Positions 35,744-46,046 of a stretch of DNA of 64,000 nucleotides are shown here, piece by piece (position 1 is the stretch's first letter; each line of letters starts with the position of its first letter). The position numbers and the translations under genes were made by a program. The stretch covers positions 6,409-70,408 of the forward strand of contig CAUZDS010000008.1 in assembly GCA_963578725.1 (NCBI GenBank), read 5' to 3'. The DNA is from Vicinamibacteria bacterium. GTDB taxonomy: Bacteria; Acidobacteriota; Vicinamibacteria; Vicinamibacterales; UBA8438. The notes beneath the pieces are model-generated. The model searched no databases, was not told the DNA's origin, and saw only the letters and a list, made by a program, of their open reading frames with translations.

Positions 35744-36997
35744 GTGATTCCCGGCATCCGCGGCACCCGCGATATTCTTCCGGCGGAGGTCGGGCGCTGG
35801 CAGCAGGTCGAGCGCGTGGCGTGCGCCGTGTGTGAGCGCTACGGGTATACGGAGCTCCGGACACCGGTTATCGAGCGGGAAGAGCTGTTCGCGAAGGGCA
35901 CCGGCGAGTCGACCGATATCGTGCAGAAGGAAATGTATGCCTTCACCGACAAGGGCGGCGAACGGATCACCCTGCGGCCCGAGGCGACACCCAGCATGGT
36001 TCGTGCGTTCGTGGAGCACAACCTCGAGCAGGACCTGCCGTTCGCCAAGTTCTATAGCCTCGGCCCGATGTTTCGCTACGAGCGGCCGCAGAAGGGGCGC
36101 TATCGCCAGTTTCATCAGCTCGACGTCGAGGTGTTCGGCATCACCGACCCGGCCGCCGACGGCGAGGTGATCGAGATGGCCTCGACCTTCGTGGCCGAAT
36201 TGGGCATCGAGGCGGCCGAGCTCGTCATTAATTCAGTGGGCTGTTCGGTCTGCCGGCCTCGCTTCAGCGAGGCGCTGTTGGCGGCGCTGGGCGAGCGCCT
36301 TTCCGAGTTGTGTGGAGATTGTCAGCGTCGGAGCCGGACGAATCCATTGCGCATCTTCGACTGCAAGGTGCCAGCCGACCAAGCGGTCATCGAGGCCCTG
36401 CCGCATTCGGAGGACTACCTGTGCGACGCTTGTCGCGTCCACTTCGCCGAGGTCAAGCGGCAGCTGGACGATTACGGGCTGCTGTATCGTGTGTCGCACC
36501 GGCTCGTGCGGGGGCTCGACTACTACACGCGCACCACCTTCGAGATTCTCGGCGCCGGTCTTGGGGCCCAGAACGCGCTGCTCGGCGGGGGCCGGTATGA
36601 TCACTTGGTCAAGCGGCTGGGTGGGCCGGACCGGGCGGGCATCGGGTTCGCGGCCGGGCTCGAGCGGCTCGTGCTTGCCCTGCCGGAGGGTAAGGGAGAG
36701 GCGCGTGCGGCCGACGCCTTTGTTGTGGCGATCGGCGACGCCAGCTGGCCCGCGGCCAGGATACTGGCGCGCGATCTGCGTCGGGCCGGGCTGACGGCCC
36801 TGATCGACTACGACGCGCACTCGTCCAAGTCGCAAATGAAGCGGGCGAATCGAAGTGGGGCACGGCGGGTGCTGATTCTCGGCGAGGACGAGCTGTCAAG
36901 GCGGCAGGTGACGGTCAAAGAGATGGAGACCGGGCACCAGCAAACCGTGCCCCGGGACCAGGTGACCGCCCATCTTCGGGCCGCGCGAGCGAACTGA
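35744..36997 (+). CDS. hisS: histidine--tRNA ligase
   Basis: 417 aa with a GTG start. IRGTRDILPAEV...MYAFTDKGGERITLRPEATPS...FRYERPQKGRYRQFHQ matches class II motifs. Confidence 0.95.
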   Translation: MIPGIRGTRDILPAEVGRWQQVERVACAVCERYGYTELRTPVIEREELFAKGTGESTDIVQKEMYAFTDKGGERITLRPEATPSMVRAFVEHNLEQDLPFAKFYSLGPMFRYERPQKGRYRQFHQLDVEVFGITDPAADGEVIEMASTFVAELGIEAAELVINSVGCSVCRPRFSEALLAALGERLSELCGDCQRRSRTNPLRIFDCKVPADQAVIEALPHSEDYLCDACRVHFAEVKRQLDDYGLLYRVSHRLVRGLDYYTRTTFEILGAGLGAQNALLGGGRYDHLVKRLGGPDRAGIGFAAGLERLVLALPEGKGEARAADAFVVAIGDASWPAARILARDLRRAGLTALIDYDAHSSKSQMKRANRSGARRVLILGEDELSRRQVTVKEMETGHQQTVPRDQVTAHLRAARAN

Positions 36998-37000
36998 GCC

Positions 37001-38761
37001 GTGTTTGAACAATCCCGAACACACACCTGTGGCGCGTTGCGCGCCGCCGACATGGGGGCCGAGGCGACCCTGCTGGGGTGGGTGCATCGAGTGCGCGACC
37101 TCGGTTCACTGATCTTTATCGATGTTCGTGACCGCTTCGGCGTGACACAGGTCGTGGCGCGGGACGACGAGGCGTTGCTCGCGCGGGCCAAGTGTCTGCG
37201 CCCCGAGTTCGTTGTTGCGGTCAGCGGCACGGTGGAGCACCGGTCGGACGAGACGCTGAACCCGAAACTGGCAACCGGCCAGGTCGAGATCGCGGCCCGA
37301 GAGATCACCGTGCTGAGCGAGGCCAGGCGACCCCCTTTTCAGATCGCCGAGGAGACGCCGGTGTCGGAGGAGATCCGGCTGAAATACCGGTATCTCGATT
37401 TGCGCCGTGAGCGCATGCAGCGAAATTTGCAGCTCCGGCATCGCGTCCTGATGGCGGCGCGCCGGTCGCTGGACGAGCAGGGGTTCCTGGATATCGAGAC
37501 ACCGGTGCTCGCCAAGTCGACCCCGGAAGGGGCCCGCGACTACCTGGTGCCCAGTCGGGTGCACCCGGGTGAGTACTTCGCTTTGCCGCAGTCCCCGCAA
37601 ATTTTCAAGCAGATCCTGATGATCGCTGGCGTGGACCGGTATTCTCAGATCGCCCGCTGTTTTAGGGATGAGGACCTCCGGGCGGACCGGCAACCGGAGT
37701 TCACCCAGATCGATCTCGAGGTATCGTTTGCGACGCGGGACCTCATCTTTGGTGTCGTTGAACGGCTGATGCATGCGATCTTCGCGGCGAATGACGAATC
37801 GCTCGAGATTCCCTTCCCGCGCCTATCGTATGCAGAGGCGATTGCGAAGTACGGGTCGGATAAGCCGGATCTGCGGGTCGAGATGGCGATCTCGGACGTG
37901 TCGCAGGTGTTTGCCGGCTCGAGCTTTCGAGTGTTTCGTGACACTGTGGCCGGCGGCGGCGTTGTCCGCGCCGTCGTCGTGCCTGGCGCGGCGCGCTATT
38001 CCCGTCGCCAGGTTGACGACTTGGTCGACGAGGCTGTCCAGCTCGGTGGGTCGGGACTCGTCTGGGCGCGTCGAGGCCCCGACGGCGGCGTGCAGAGTTC
38101 GATTCTCAAGGCGGCCGGTCCTGAGACAATGCGGCGGATCCTCGAGGTAGTCGGCGCCGGCGCAGACGATCTGGTTCTCGTGGCGGCCGGATCCCAGGAT
38201 GACGCCGCGCGGCTACTGGGACGGCTGCGACTGCGACTGGCATGGCGCGAGGGATTGATCGATGAGCGCCGCCGGGCGTTGACCTGGGTGGTCGACTTCC
38301 CGATGTTCGAGTGGAGCGAGACCGAAGGGCGGCACATGTCGATGCATCATCCGTTCACGGCACCGCGTGATGAGGATCGCGACCGGCTGGATGCCGACCT
38401 GGGGTCCGTCCGGGCTCAGGCCTACGACCTGGTCCTCAACGGCAGCGAGATCGGGGGTGGCAGCATCCGGATCCACGAGCAGGCGTTGCAGCGACGGATC
38501 TTCCAACTATTGAAGATCGGCGACGACGAGGCCAGGTCACGGTTCGGGTTCTTCCTCGAGGCGCTCGAATACGGCACGCCGCCGCATGGCGGGATCGCTC
38601 TCGGTGTAGATCGGATCGTGGCGCTGCTGGCGGGAGAGGCGTCGATCCGCGATGTAATCGCGTTTCCGAAGACCGCGACCGCGGTGGACCTGATGACCGG
38701 CGCACCCTCGTCGGTTACTCCACGTCAGCTGCGTGAGCTGCACCTACGCGCCGATTCTTGA
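37001..38761 (+). CDS. aspS: aspartate--tRNA ligase
   Basis: 586 aa. The OB N-domain is LLGWVHRVRDLGSLIFIDVRDRFG. Downstream motifs are FRDEDLRADRQPEFTQID and GGGSIRIH...GTPPHGGIALGVDR. Confidence 0.95.
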   Translation: MFEQSRTHTCGALRAADMGAEATLLGWVHRVRDLGSLIFIDVRDRFGVTQVVARDDEALLARAKCLRPEFVVAVSGTVEHRSDETLNPKLATGQVEIAAREITVLSEARRPPFQIAEETPVSEEIRLKYRYLDLRRERMQRNLQLRHRVLMAARRSLDEQGFLDIETPVLAKSTPEGARDYLVPSRVHPGEYFALPQSPQIFKQILMIAGVDRYSQIARCFRDEDLRADRQPEFTQIDLEVSFATRDLIFGVVERLMHAIFAANDESLEIPFPRLSYAEAIAKYGSDKPDLRVEMAISDVSQVFAGSSFRVFRDTVAGGGVVRAVVVPGAARYSRRQVDDLVDEAVQLGGSGLVWARRGPDGGVQSSILKAAGPETMRRILEVVGAGADDLVLVAAGSQDDAARLLGRLRLRLAWREGLIDERRRALTWVVDFPMFEWSETEGRHMSMHHPFTAPRDEDRDRLDADLGSVRAQAYDLVLNGSEIGGGSIRIHEQALQRRIFQLLKIGDDEARSRFGFFLEALEYGTPPHGGIALGVDRIVALLAGEASIRDVIAFPKTATAVDLMTGAPSSVTPRQLRELHLRADS

Positions 38762-38776
38762 CCGGTTCTCCGCTCC

Positions 38777-39823
38777 GTGTCACCATCGTCCCTGTACGTG
38801 TCCGAAGAACGAGGTGAACCCGGAACAGCAACGGCCGTGCAGATCCCCATCCCTGACGAAGGGGTCGAGTTGCTGTTCGGCTCCTACGACGCCAACCTCA
38901 AAACCTTCCGGGATCTGTTCGACGTCCAGATCCGTACGGATGGCAACATGTTACTGGTCGATGGCGCCGCCGCCGCTGTCGCTCGGCTCGAGCTGGTGGT
39001 TCGGCAACTGGCCGCCCTGGTGGCCGAGGGCTACGAGCTCTCGCAGGAGGACGTGCGGCGGGCGTCGCAGCTCGTCATCCAGGATGACCACGTCCGGCTC
39101 CGGGACTACTTCGTACGGGCCACCGTCAAGCCGTCGAGCAAGCGGCACGTGGTGCCGAAAAGTCTCAACCAGCGGCGTTATCTCGAGGCGATCGAACGCC
39201 ACGACATCGTGTTCGGGATCGGTCCGGCTGGCACCGGGAAGACATATCTGGCGATGGCCCAGGCCGTCGCGTTTCTGACCGCCAAGAAGGTCACCCGCAT
39301 CGCACTCGTGCGGCCCGCCGTCGAGGCTGGCGAAAAGCTCGGGTTCCTGCCTGGTGATTTGCAGGAGAAGGTCAACCCGTATCTGCGACCGCTCTACGAC
39401 GCGCTTCACGACATGCTGGACTTGGACCGCGTTAACAGGCTGCTGGAGCGCGGCACCATCGAGATCGCGCCGCTTGCGTTCATGCGCGGGCGTACGCTCA
39501 ACGACGCGTTCGTGATCCTCGACGAAGCCCAGAACACGACATCCGAGCAGATGAAAATGTTCTTAACCCGACTCGGGTTCGGCTCAAAGGCGGTCATCAC
39601 CGGGGACATCACCCAGATCGATCTACCGCTCGGCCGGACGTCCGGGCTCGTGGAGGTGCTGCGAATTGTGGAGCGTGTCGAGGGAATCGCCTTCATGCGG
39701 TTCGACCCACGTGATGTCGTTCGGCACCCCCTGGTTCAGAAAATCGTCCAGGCCTATGACGCCTACACAGCTGGCGATGGCAATGGCACCCAAACGGGGA
39801 CCGTCCTGCCATCGGTGAAGTAG
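38777..39823 (+). CDS. phoH: PhoH-family ATPase (YbeZ-like)
   Basis: 348 aa. The Walker A is GIGPAGTGKTYLAM. LPGDLQEKVNPYLRPLYDAL and ILDEAQNTT are also present. The start is uncertain. Confidence 0.9.
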   Translation: MSPSSLYVSEERGEPGTATAVQIPIPDEGVELLFGSYDANLKTFRDLFDVQIRTDGNMLLVDGAAAAVARLELVVRQLAALVAEGYELSQEDVRRASQLVIQDDHVRLRDYFVRATVKPSSKRHVVPKSLNQRRYLEAIERHDIVFGIGPAGTGKTYLAMAQAVAFLTAKKVTRIALVRPAVEAGEKLGFLPGDLQEKVNPYLRPLYDALHDMLDLDRVNRLLERGTIEIAPLAFMRGRTLNDAFVILDEAQNTTSEQMKMFLTRLGFGSKAVITGDITQIDLPLGRTSGLVEVLRIVERVEGIAFMRFDPRDVVRHPLVQKIVQAYDAYTAGDGNGTQTGTVLPSVK

Positions 39824-39851
39824 CCGAGCGAAACCCCCGGTTACATGTCAG

Positions 39852-40337
39852 ATGACTGCTGACGACCCCGGCCTCCACCGGCCCCGCAGGCTTGCGACGA
39901 GACTCCGGGTTGCGGTGACAGACGGGCGCGGGCGGCCCAAGCCGGCCGGGACGTTGCCGGTTTGGCTCGCCAGGGCCGCGCCGCGCGCGGCGGCCGGTGT
40001 CGTCGCCGTGGCACTGGTCGGCGACCGCAAGATGCGGGATCTCAACCACCGGTTTCGCGCGATCGATCAGGTCACCGATGTACTCTCGTTCCCCGCCGAT
40101 CGTGCCCCGGCCTGGGCTGGTTCGGGTCAGGCCCGGTTCCTGGGTGACATCGTGATCGCTACCGGGCGCGCGGCGCAGCAGGCACGAGTTGCCGGTCTGA
40201 CCGAGCAGCAGGAGTGGCGCCGGCTCGCCCTGCACGGACTACTGCACCTGTTGGGGTACGACCACGAACGGGACGGTGGACGGATGCGGCGGCTGGAGCG
40301 TCGTCTCCAGCGACAGAGCGGACTGCCCGTGAACTGA
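39852..40337 (+). CDS. ybeY: rRNA maturation RNase YbeY
   Basis: 161 aa. TDVLSFP... and the zinc site HGLLHLLGYDHE are present. Confidence 0.9.
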   Translation: MTADDPGLHRPRRLATRLRVAVTDGRGRPKPAGTLPVWLARAAPRAAAGVVAVALVGDRKMRDLNHRFRAIDQVTDVLSFPADRAPAWAGSGQARFLGDIVIATGRAAQQARVAGLTEQQEWRRLALHGLLHLLGYDHERDGGRMRRLERRLQRQSGLPVN

Positions 40338-40343
40338 CGAATC

Positions 40344-41576
40344 ATGGTGTTCTTGCTCCTTTTTCTGATCGGCTGCGCGGTGGTCTATGTGGCAGCGATC
40401 GAGTCCGCCTTCGGCGCGATGGTTCGGCTGCCGGAGCGGTTGACGGCGGAACGGGGTGTAAGGCACGAGTCCCTGACGACGTATCTCGACGACCCGCTGC
40501 GTCTGTATGTCGTCACGCGGCTGCTCCGCGGTCTGTTGTTCGCGTTGGCGGCGGTCGCGTTGGCACGGCTAATCGGTGTGGCGACACCGAAGGCGGTCGG
40601 GGCGTTGCTGCTGGCGGTCATGCTGTTCGTGGTGGTGTGCGAGCAAGTGGTGCCGTCGGCGCTGGTCCGACGCGATGCCGGCCGCGTGCTGGCGTATCTG
40701 TTGCCGTCGTTCGACCTCGCGCTCAGGGTCCTGAGCCCGCTGACAGGCGGACTGTTGCGGCTGGCCCGGCCGCCGAGGGTCCGGTCCAGCGGCGATGCCT
40801 CGGCCGAGCCGGCCGAGCCGGGTGGGGATCCGGCCAGCGCCGAGACCATCACCGCCGAGACCGCGGAGCGTGAGCTACTGCAATCGGTCGTGGACTTCGG
40901 TGGCACGCTGGTGCGGGAAGTCATGACGCCGAGACCCGACATCGTCGCGATCGCGCACGACGCGACCGTCGCCGAGTTCCGCGCGCTCTTCGCCGAGGAG
41001 GAGTACTCGCGGATCCCGGTATTTAAGGACAATCTGGACAACATTATGGGATTCGTGTTTGCCAAGGATCTCGTGACCCTCGGCGGGGTGCAGCCCGGGG
41101 GCCGGATCATGCCGGAGCTGCTCCGACCGGCGTATGTCGTGCCGGAGGGCCAGCGAGTGGCGGAGCTGTTGAGGGATCTACAGGTCAGGCAGGTGCAGAG
41201 CGCAATCGTCGTGGACGAGTATGGCGGGACGGCCGGGCTAGTCACCATCGAGGATCTGCTCGAGGAGATCGTCGGCGAGATTCGCGACGAGTACGACGAA
41301 GAGTCGGAGCCGATTGTCGACGAGGGCAACGGGAGATTCGTGTTTCTGGCAACGGTAGCTGTCGGCGACATGGCCGAGCAACTCGGGGTGACGGTCGAGC
41401 GTGACGGCTTCGAGACGGTAGGCGGCTACCTACTGGCTCGTTTGAGTCGCGTGCCGACCGCCGGCGAGACGGTGGAGGTGGATGACCTCTTCGTTGAGGT
41501 GCTCGAGGCCGAACATCGGCGGGTCCGCAAGGTACGTGTCCACCGCCGCGACGCGGTCGAGCCGGCGAACGGGTAG
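40344..41576 (+). CDS. hemolysin-family / CNNM protein (DUF21-CBS pair-CorC_HlyC)
   Basis: 410 aa. It has N-terminal TM helices, then VREVMTPRPDIVAI...IPVFKDNLDNIMGFV...AIVVDEYGGTAGLVTIEDLLEEIVGEIRDEYD. Confidence 0.9.
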   Translation: MVFLLLFLIGCAVVYVAAIESAFGAMVRLPERLTAERGVRHESLTTYLDDPLRLYVVTRLLRGLLFALAAVALARLIGVATPKAVGALLLAVMLFVVVCEQVVPSALVRRDAGRVLAYLLPSFDLALRVLSPLTGGLLRLARPPRVRSSGDASAEPAEPGGDPASAETITAETAERELLQSVVDFGGTLVREVMTPRPDIVAIAHDATVAEFRALFAEEEYSRIPVFKDNLDNIMGFVFAKDLVTLGGVQPGGRIMPELLRPAYVVPEGQRVAELLRDLQVRQVQSAIVVDEYGGTAGLVTIEDLLEEIVGEIRDEYDEESEPIVDEGNGRFVFLATVAVGDMAEQLGVTVERDGFETVGGYLLARLSRVPTAGETVEVDDLFVEVLEAEHRRVRKVRVHRRDAVEPANG

Positions 41577-41581
41577 ACCGG

Positions 41582-42487
41582 ATGCGGGTTGGTTTCGTGG
41601 CGCTCATCGGCCGGCCCAATGCCGGCAAGTCTACCCTGGTCAACAGGGTGGTCGGCACCAAGCTGGCGATTGTCTCCGACAAGCCCCAGACGACCCGGAA
41701 CCGGATTCTGGCGGTCCGGAACTATGCAGCCGACCCAGCGGCACAAGTAATCTTCGTCGACACGCCTGGGATTCACAGGCCGTTGCATCGGATGAACGTG
41801 CGGATGGTCGAAATAGCCTTCGAATCGTTCGGCCAGGTCGATCTGATCGGGCTGGTGCGCGATGCTACCGATAGTCTCGGCGCCGGCGACCGATTCGTAC
41901 TGGAGTCGCTCGAGCAGGTGGCCGTGCCGGTCATCCTGGTGCTCAACAAGATCGACCGTATAGCCAAGCCACGCCTACTGCCGCTCATCGATTGGTATCG
42001 TCGGCAGCGCGAGTTCGCCGCTGTCGTGCCGGTCTCGGCGCTGACGGGTGACGGAGTGGAGAGTCTGGAGCGGGAGATCCTCGACCGGCTGCCCGAGGGT
42101 GAGCCGCTCTACCCGGACGACTTCTTGACCGATCAGCCCGAGCGAGTGCTGGCTGCCGAAACCGTTCGGGAAAAGGTCCTGCGGCTCACGCATGCCGAGC
42201 TACCGTTTACCACGGCCGTCGTCGTGGACAGGTTCGACGAGGACACCGAGCCCGGGCTCTTGCGGCTGTATTGTTCGATCCTGGTCGAACGCCGATCCCA
42301 GAAGCCGATCGTCATCGGGCCCGGCGGAGACAAGATTCGACAGATCGGCACCGAGGCCAGACTGGATCTCGAGCGGTTCTTTGGCACCCGGGTCTTCCTC
42401 GACCTGCACGTCAAGGTCCGCCCAGACTGGCGCGAAAACGACCACATCCTCGACCAGGCCGGGGTGGCGCCGAAGACGCGAGGCTGA
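41582..42487 (+). CDS. era: GTPase Era
   Basis: 301 aa. G1 is GRPNAGKSTL and G3 is DTPGIH. NKID is present, plus the KH domain VERRSQKPIVIGPGGDKIRQIG. Confidence 0.95.
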   Translation: MRVGFVALIGRPNAGKSTLVNRVVGTKLAIVSDKPQTTRNRILAVRNYAADPAAQVIFVDTPGIHRPLHRMNVRMVEIAFESFGQVDLIGLVRDATDSLGAGDRFVLESLEQVAVPVILVLNKIDRIAKPRLLPLIDWYRRQREFAAVVPVSALTGDGVESLEREILDRLPEGEPLYPDDFLTDQPERVLAAETVREKVLRLTHAELPFTTAVVVDRFDEDTEPGLLRLYCSILVERRSQKPIVIGPGGDKIRQIGTEARLDLERFFGTRVFLDLHVKVRPDWRENDHILDQAGVAPKTRG

Positions 42488-42659
42488 GCGGCCCGGCCCG
42501 TGTCACGTTCTCATGGCACGGGCTACGAAGGTCCATCTTCGCGTCCGGTCCTCCTCCAGTTGGCATGCTACACTGGGAGGTTCTTGGTACTGACTGTGGA
42601 ACATTCAGACGACCCTGACTCGTCGCGCGTCGGCGCGACCCGACTCGGACGACGAGACG

Positions 42660-44033
42660 ATGCCGCCTCACCGCCGAATCGACGTGGTGCTCGACTCGGT
42701 CAAACGACTGCAGCGGATTGGTGCGTCCGCCAACCTGCTCAACCTACTCCAGAAACAACATCCAGCTGACCTCGCTGAAGTCTTCAGCGAGTTGCCCGAC
42801 AAGGATTGTCGCGGCGCGCTCAAACTGCTGCTCGACCACAATAGCCGCCTCGCGATGGAGGCGCTGATCGAGTACGGCCCCGGGCCTGGCTCCGCGCTGC
42901 TCGCGGACCACCCCGCCGGTCAGATCGCGGTCTGGTTGCAGGAGTTGCCGTCGGACGACGCGGTAGCGCTGATCGACGAGCTGCCGGACGAGCTATCCGC
43001 CGCCGTACTCGAACTGATGCGGCGTCAGGAGTCGGGCGAGGTCGAGAACCTGCTCGAGTACGCCGAGCGCACCGCCGGGCGCATCATGAACCCGACGGTG
43101 TTTGCGCTCTCTGACGATCTGACGGCTGGCGAAGCGATCCAGGCGCTCCAGGGTTCACGCGAGGTGGAGATGGTGTTCTATCTCTATGTCGTCGACGAGC
43201 GCCGGCATCTCGTAGGGGTCGTCTCGCTGCGACGACTGTTGTTGGTGGCGCCGGAGACGCCGTTGCCGCGGATCATGACGACCGATCTGATCAGCGCGCG
43301 AGTGGGCACCGACCAGGAAGAGGTGGCCCAGCACGTCGCCAACTACAACCTGCTGGCGATCCCGGTCGTTGACGACGAGAACAAGCTCGCCGGCATCATC
43401 ACCGTCGACGACGTCATCGACATCATCCAGGATGAGGCGACGGAGGATATCTATCGGCTGGCGGGGGTCAGTGGCGACGAGCACGTGTTCTCGCCGGCGC
43501 TCGAGTCGGTGCGGAAACGGTTACCGTGGCTCGCCGTGAACCTGGTGACCGCCGTGCTGGCCGCCTTCGTGGTGCGGGCGTTTCAGGCCACCATCGACCA
43601 GGTGGTGGTGCTGGCGGTGCTCATGACCATCGTGGCCAGCATGGGTGGCAACGCGGCGACCCAAACGTTGACGATCATCGTCCGGGCGATCTCCCTCGGG
43701 GAGCTGACCTGGGGCAACTCGCGCAAGGCGGTGCTCAAGGAGGCGCTCGTAGGTCTGGGCAACGGGTTGGCGCTTGGTACCGCCGGAGCCACGGTTGCCT
43801 GGTTGATGACCGGGAACGTTTTCCTTGGACTGATCCTGGCGCTGGCGATGGTGATCAATCTGCTGGTGGCCGCCATCGCCGCCACGTTGATCCCGATCGC
43901 GCTCCGGGCCTTGAACATCGACCCGGCGCTCGCCTCTGCGGTGTTTATCACCACGCTCACGGACGTATTCGGGTTCTTTGCCTTCCTGGGGCTCGCGACC
44001 ATCTTCCTGCGGTATTTGCTGCCGGTGGTGTGA
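42660..44033 (+). CDS. mgtE: magnesium transporter MgtE
   Basis: 457 aa. It has an MgtE N-domain, a CBS pair (GRIMNPTVFAL..., LAIPVVDDENKLAGIITVDDVIDI) and a TM domain with GGNAATQT. Confidence 0.95.
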   Translation: MPPHRRIDVVLDSVKRLQRIGASANLLNLLQKQHPADLAEVFSELPDKDCRGALKLLLDHNSRLAMEALIEYGPGPGSALLADHPAGQIAVWLQELPSDDAVALIDELPDELSAAVLELMRRQESGEVENLLEYAERTAGRIMNPTVFALSDDLTAGEAIQALQGSREVEMVFYLYVVDERRHLVGVVSLRRLLLVAPETPLPRIMTTDLISARVGTDQEEVAQHVANYNLLAIPVVDDENKLAGIITVDDVIDIIQDEATEDIYRLAGVSGDEHVFSPALESVRKRLPWLAVNLVTAVLAAFVVRAFQATIDQVVVLAVLMTIVASMGGNAATQTLTIIVRAISLGELTWGNSRKAVLKEALVGLGNGLALGTAGATVAWLMTGNVFLGLILALAMVINLLVAAIAATLIPIALRALNIDPALASAVFITTLTDVFGFFAFLGLATIFLRYLLPVV

Positions 44034-44034
44034 T

Positions 44035-44209
44035 CTAGGAGCCCGTGGTGAGAGCCCCGCTGCATTCGACCGGCGCTGAATCACGACTGGGCGGCGTTAG
44101 TCTCGGTCGGATACTGCCAGTATCCTCCGTCGTCGCGCCTTGCACCGGCCGAGCGCGGCGTCGATCGTGACGGTTCTCGGAGCAATGCGGGGTTTTACCA
44201 GGGGCTCCT
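44035..44209 (+). repeat. stop-adjacent structured repeat, copy B (about 175 nt)
   Basis: It starts 2 nt after the mgtE TGA (CTAGGAGCCCGTGGTGAGAG...). The closing stem is AGGAGCCCGTGG (44037-44048) with CCAGGGGCTCCT (44198-44209). The second stem is CCCCGC (44055-44060) with GCGGGG (44187-44192). The hairpins are 44085-44102 and 44109-44125. Confidence 0.6.
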
Positions 44210-44314
44210 GGCCGAAAGGGCAAGAGGCCGCGGGGAGGCAGTCGATGGAGGGGTGAGGTTTCGCCGCGTTCTTGCTGCAGGCATCACACGGGTGGGGGCG
44301 CGCGCACTCGAACA

Positions 44315-44344
44315 TTGGCCCGCGGGCTGCCCAGGGGCTACAAT
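44315..44344 (+). promoter_or_regulatory. putative recO promoter (TTGGCC-18 nt-TACAAT)
   Basis: The -10-like TACAAT lies at 44339-44344, 37 nt before the recO ATG. The -35-like TTGGCC lies at 44315-44320. Confidence 0.3.
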
Positions 44345-44380
44345 ATGCGTTCCTCGGACGTGGGGCGGCCCGCGCTCGCG

Positions 44381-45130
44381 ATGCCACTCTATACGACAGA
44401 CGCGCTGATTCTGCGCACCTACCTGCTCGGTGAAGCGGATCGTATCGTCGTGTTCCTGACGAGCGACAGGGGCAAGAAACGTGGCGTTGCGAATGGGGCT
44501 CGGCGTCCGAGATCGCGATTTGTCGGAGGGCTCGAGCCGCTGACGCGCGCCCGGCTCGCGTACTTTGAGCGGGAGCGCCGCGACCTCGTGCGGTTGAGCT
44601 ATGTCGAACCGGTGCGGTCACCGTTGATGGTCCGCGACGGGGCTGCGCTCGGGCACGTCGAGTACTTCGCCGAGCTGATCGACGAATGCGCGCCAGAGGC
44701 GGATCCGAACGCGAAGTTGTACCGCCTGGGCGCTGCCGTCATCGACTCGTTGGTTGGGGAGGTCCCGGTCGAGCGGCTGGTGCGCTACTTCGAGTACTGG
44801 GTCCTGCGTCTGCAGGGTGTCTATCCGTCCCTGCTCGCCTGTCATCGGTGCGGCGCCGACCCGGCGTCCGGCGGGCGCCTGGACCCGGCGGGTGCCGGGT
44901 TCGCCTGCGTGGCCTGCGCGACCGGCTCCGGGGTCGCGCTCTCGGCCGAGTCGGTTCAGTTTCTCCGGGCGGCGGCGGGCACGCCCCCCGGGCGGCTGTC
45001 GGATATCGAGTTGCCCGAGCACGCGGCGAGGGAGCTGGAACGGGCGCATCGACAGCTGATCACGGCGCATCTGGAGAAGGAGCTTCGGTCGGTGAAGGTG
45101 CTTCGCGCCATGAATCAGATGGCGACGTGA
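44381..45130 (+). CDS. recO: DNA repair protein RecO
   Basis: The ATG at 44381 gives [37 protein letters not shown] (OB fold). The zinc-finger region is CHRCG...CVAC. Confidence 0.9.
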   Translation: MPLYTTDALILRTYLLGEADRIVVFLTSDRGKKRGVANGARRPRSRFVGGLEPLTRARLAYFERERRDLVRLSYVEPVRSPLMVRDGAALGHVEYFAELIDECAPEADPNAKLYRLGAAVIDSLVGEVPVERLVRYFEYWVLRLQGVYPSLLACHRCGADPASGGRLDPAGAGFACVACATGSGVALSAESVQFLRAAAGTPPGRLSDIELPEHAARELERAHRQLITAHLEKELRSVKVLRAMNQMAT

Positions 45131-45164
45131 TGTGGGTCCCGGCGGTGGCGGGCTCGATCGGCGG

Positions 45165-46046
45165 ATGGAAAGCGACAACGTGACCCTGCAGGATCTGATC
45201 GCCTCGCTGTCTCGCTTCTGGGCATCCCGCGGCTGTCTGATCCAGCAGCCCCTCGATGTCGAGGTCGGGGCCGGAACGATGCACCCGGAGACGTTCCTGC
45301 GGGTGTTGGGTCCGCGACACTGGAGGGTCGCCTATGTCCAGCCGTCCAGACGGCCGGCCGATGGCCGGTTCGGGGAGAACCCGAACCGCCTGTTCAAGCA
45401 CCATCAGTTCCAGGTCATCCTCAAGCCCTCGCCGGACGCTGCCCAGACGCTGTATCTCGGAAGTCTTCGCGCCTGCGGCATCGACCCCAGCGTGCACGAC
45501 GTGCGGTTCGAGGAGGACAACTGGGAGTCACCCACGTTGGGGGCTTGGGGCATCGGGTGGCAGGTGCTGCTCGACGGGATGGAGATCACGCAGTTCACGT
45601 ACTTCCAGCAGGCTGGTGGTCTCGATCTGGCGCCGGTCTCGGTGGAGCTGACCTACGGGCTCGAGCGGATCGCGATGCATTTACAGGGGGTGGACGATGT
45701 CTACGACCTGGAGTGGGCACCGGGAGTGACTTATCGCGAGGTGCGCCATCAGGAGGAGGTCGAGCACACCAAGTATGCCTTCGGGATGGTGGACATGCCC
45801 GCAACGGAGTTCGCGGCGTTCCACCGGGATCTGTTCGACCGGTATCACCAGATGACCCAGATCCTGGTGCGGTCCGGTCTGGTGTCACCAGCACTCGATG
45901 CGTGTCTCAAGTGCTCGCACATCTTCAATATTCTTGATGCCAGCGGCGGGATCGGCGTTACCGAGCGCGCGGCCTACATCCTGCGGGTGCGTCAGCTGGC
46001 CGTGGCGATCGCTGGGGCCTACGTTGGAGCGTCGGATAGGGGATGA
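45165..46046 (+). CDS. glyQ: glycine--tRNA ligase alpha subunit
   Basis: [43 protein letters not shown]...FQVILKPSP is highly conserved GlyQ sequence. The start could be 45165 (ATG) or 45132 (GTG). Confidence 0.95.
   Translation: MESDNVTLQDLIASLSRFWASRGCLIQQPLDVEVGAGTMHPETFLRVLGPRHWRVAYVQPSRRPADGRFGENPNRLFKHHQFQVILKPSPDAAQTLYLGSLRACGIDPSVHDVRFEEDNWESPTLGAWGIGWQVLLDGMEITQFTYFQQAGGLDLAPVSVELTYGLERIAMHLQGVDDVYDLEWAPGVTYREVRHQEEVEHTKYAFGMVDMPATEFAAFHRDLFDRYHQMTQILVRSGLVSPALDACLKCSHIFNILDASGGIGVTERAAYILRVRQLAVAIAGAYVGASDRG

Noticed and set aside
42488-42659. Possible M-box (Mg2+) riboswitch upstream of mgtE. It contains GGGAGGTT and mutually exclusive hairpins at 42619-42656.
   Set aside because: The region is too short, with about 95 nt after the GGGAGGTT. 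It lacks the other conserved M-box blocks as I recall them. It is kept only as an unexplained structured leader.
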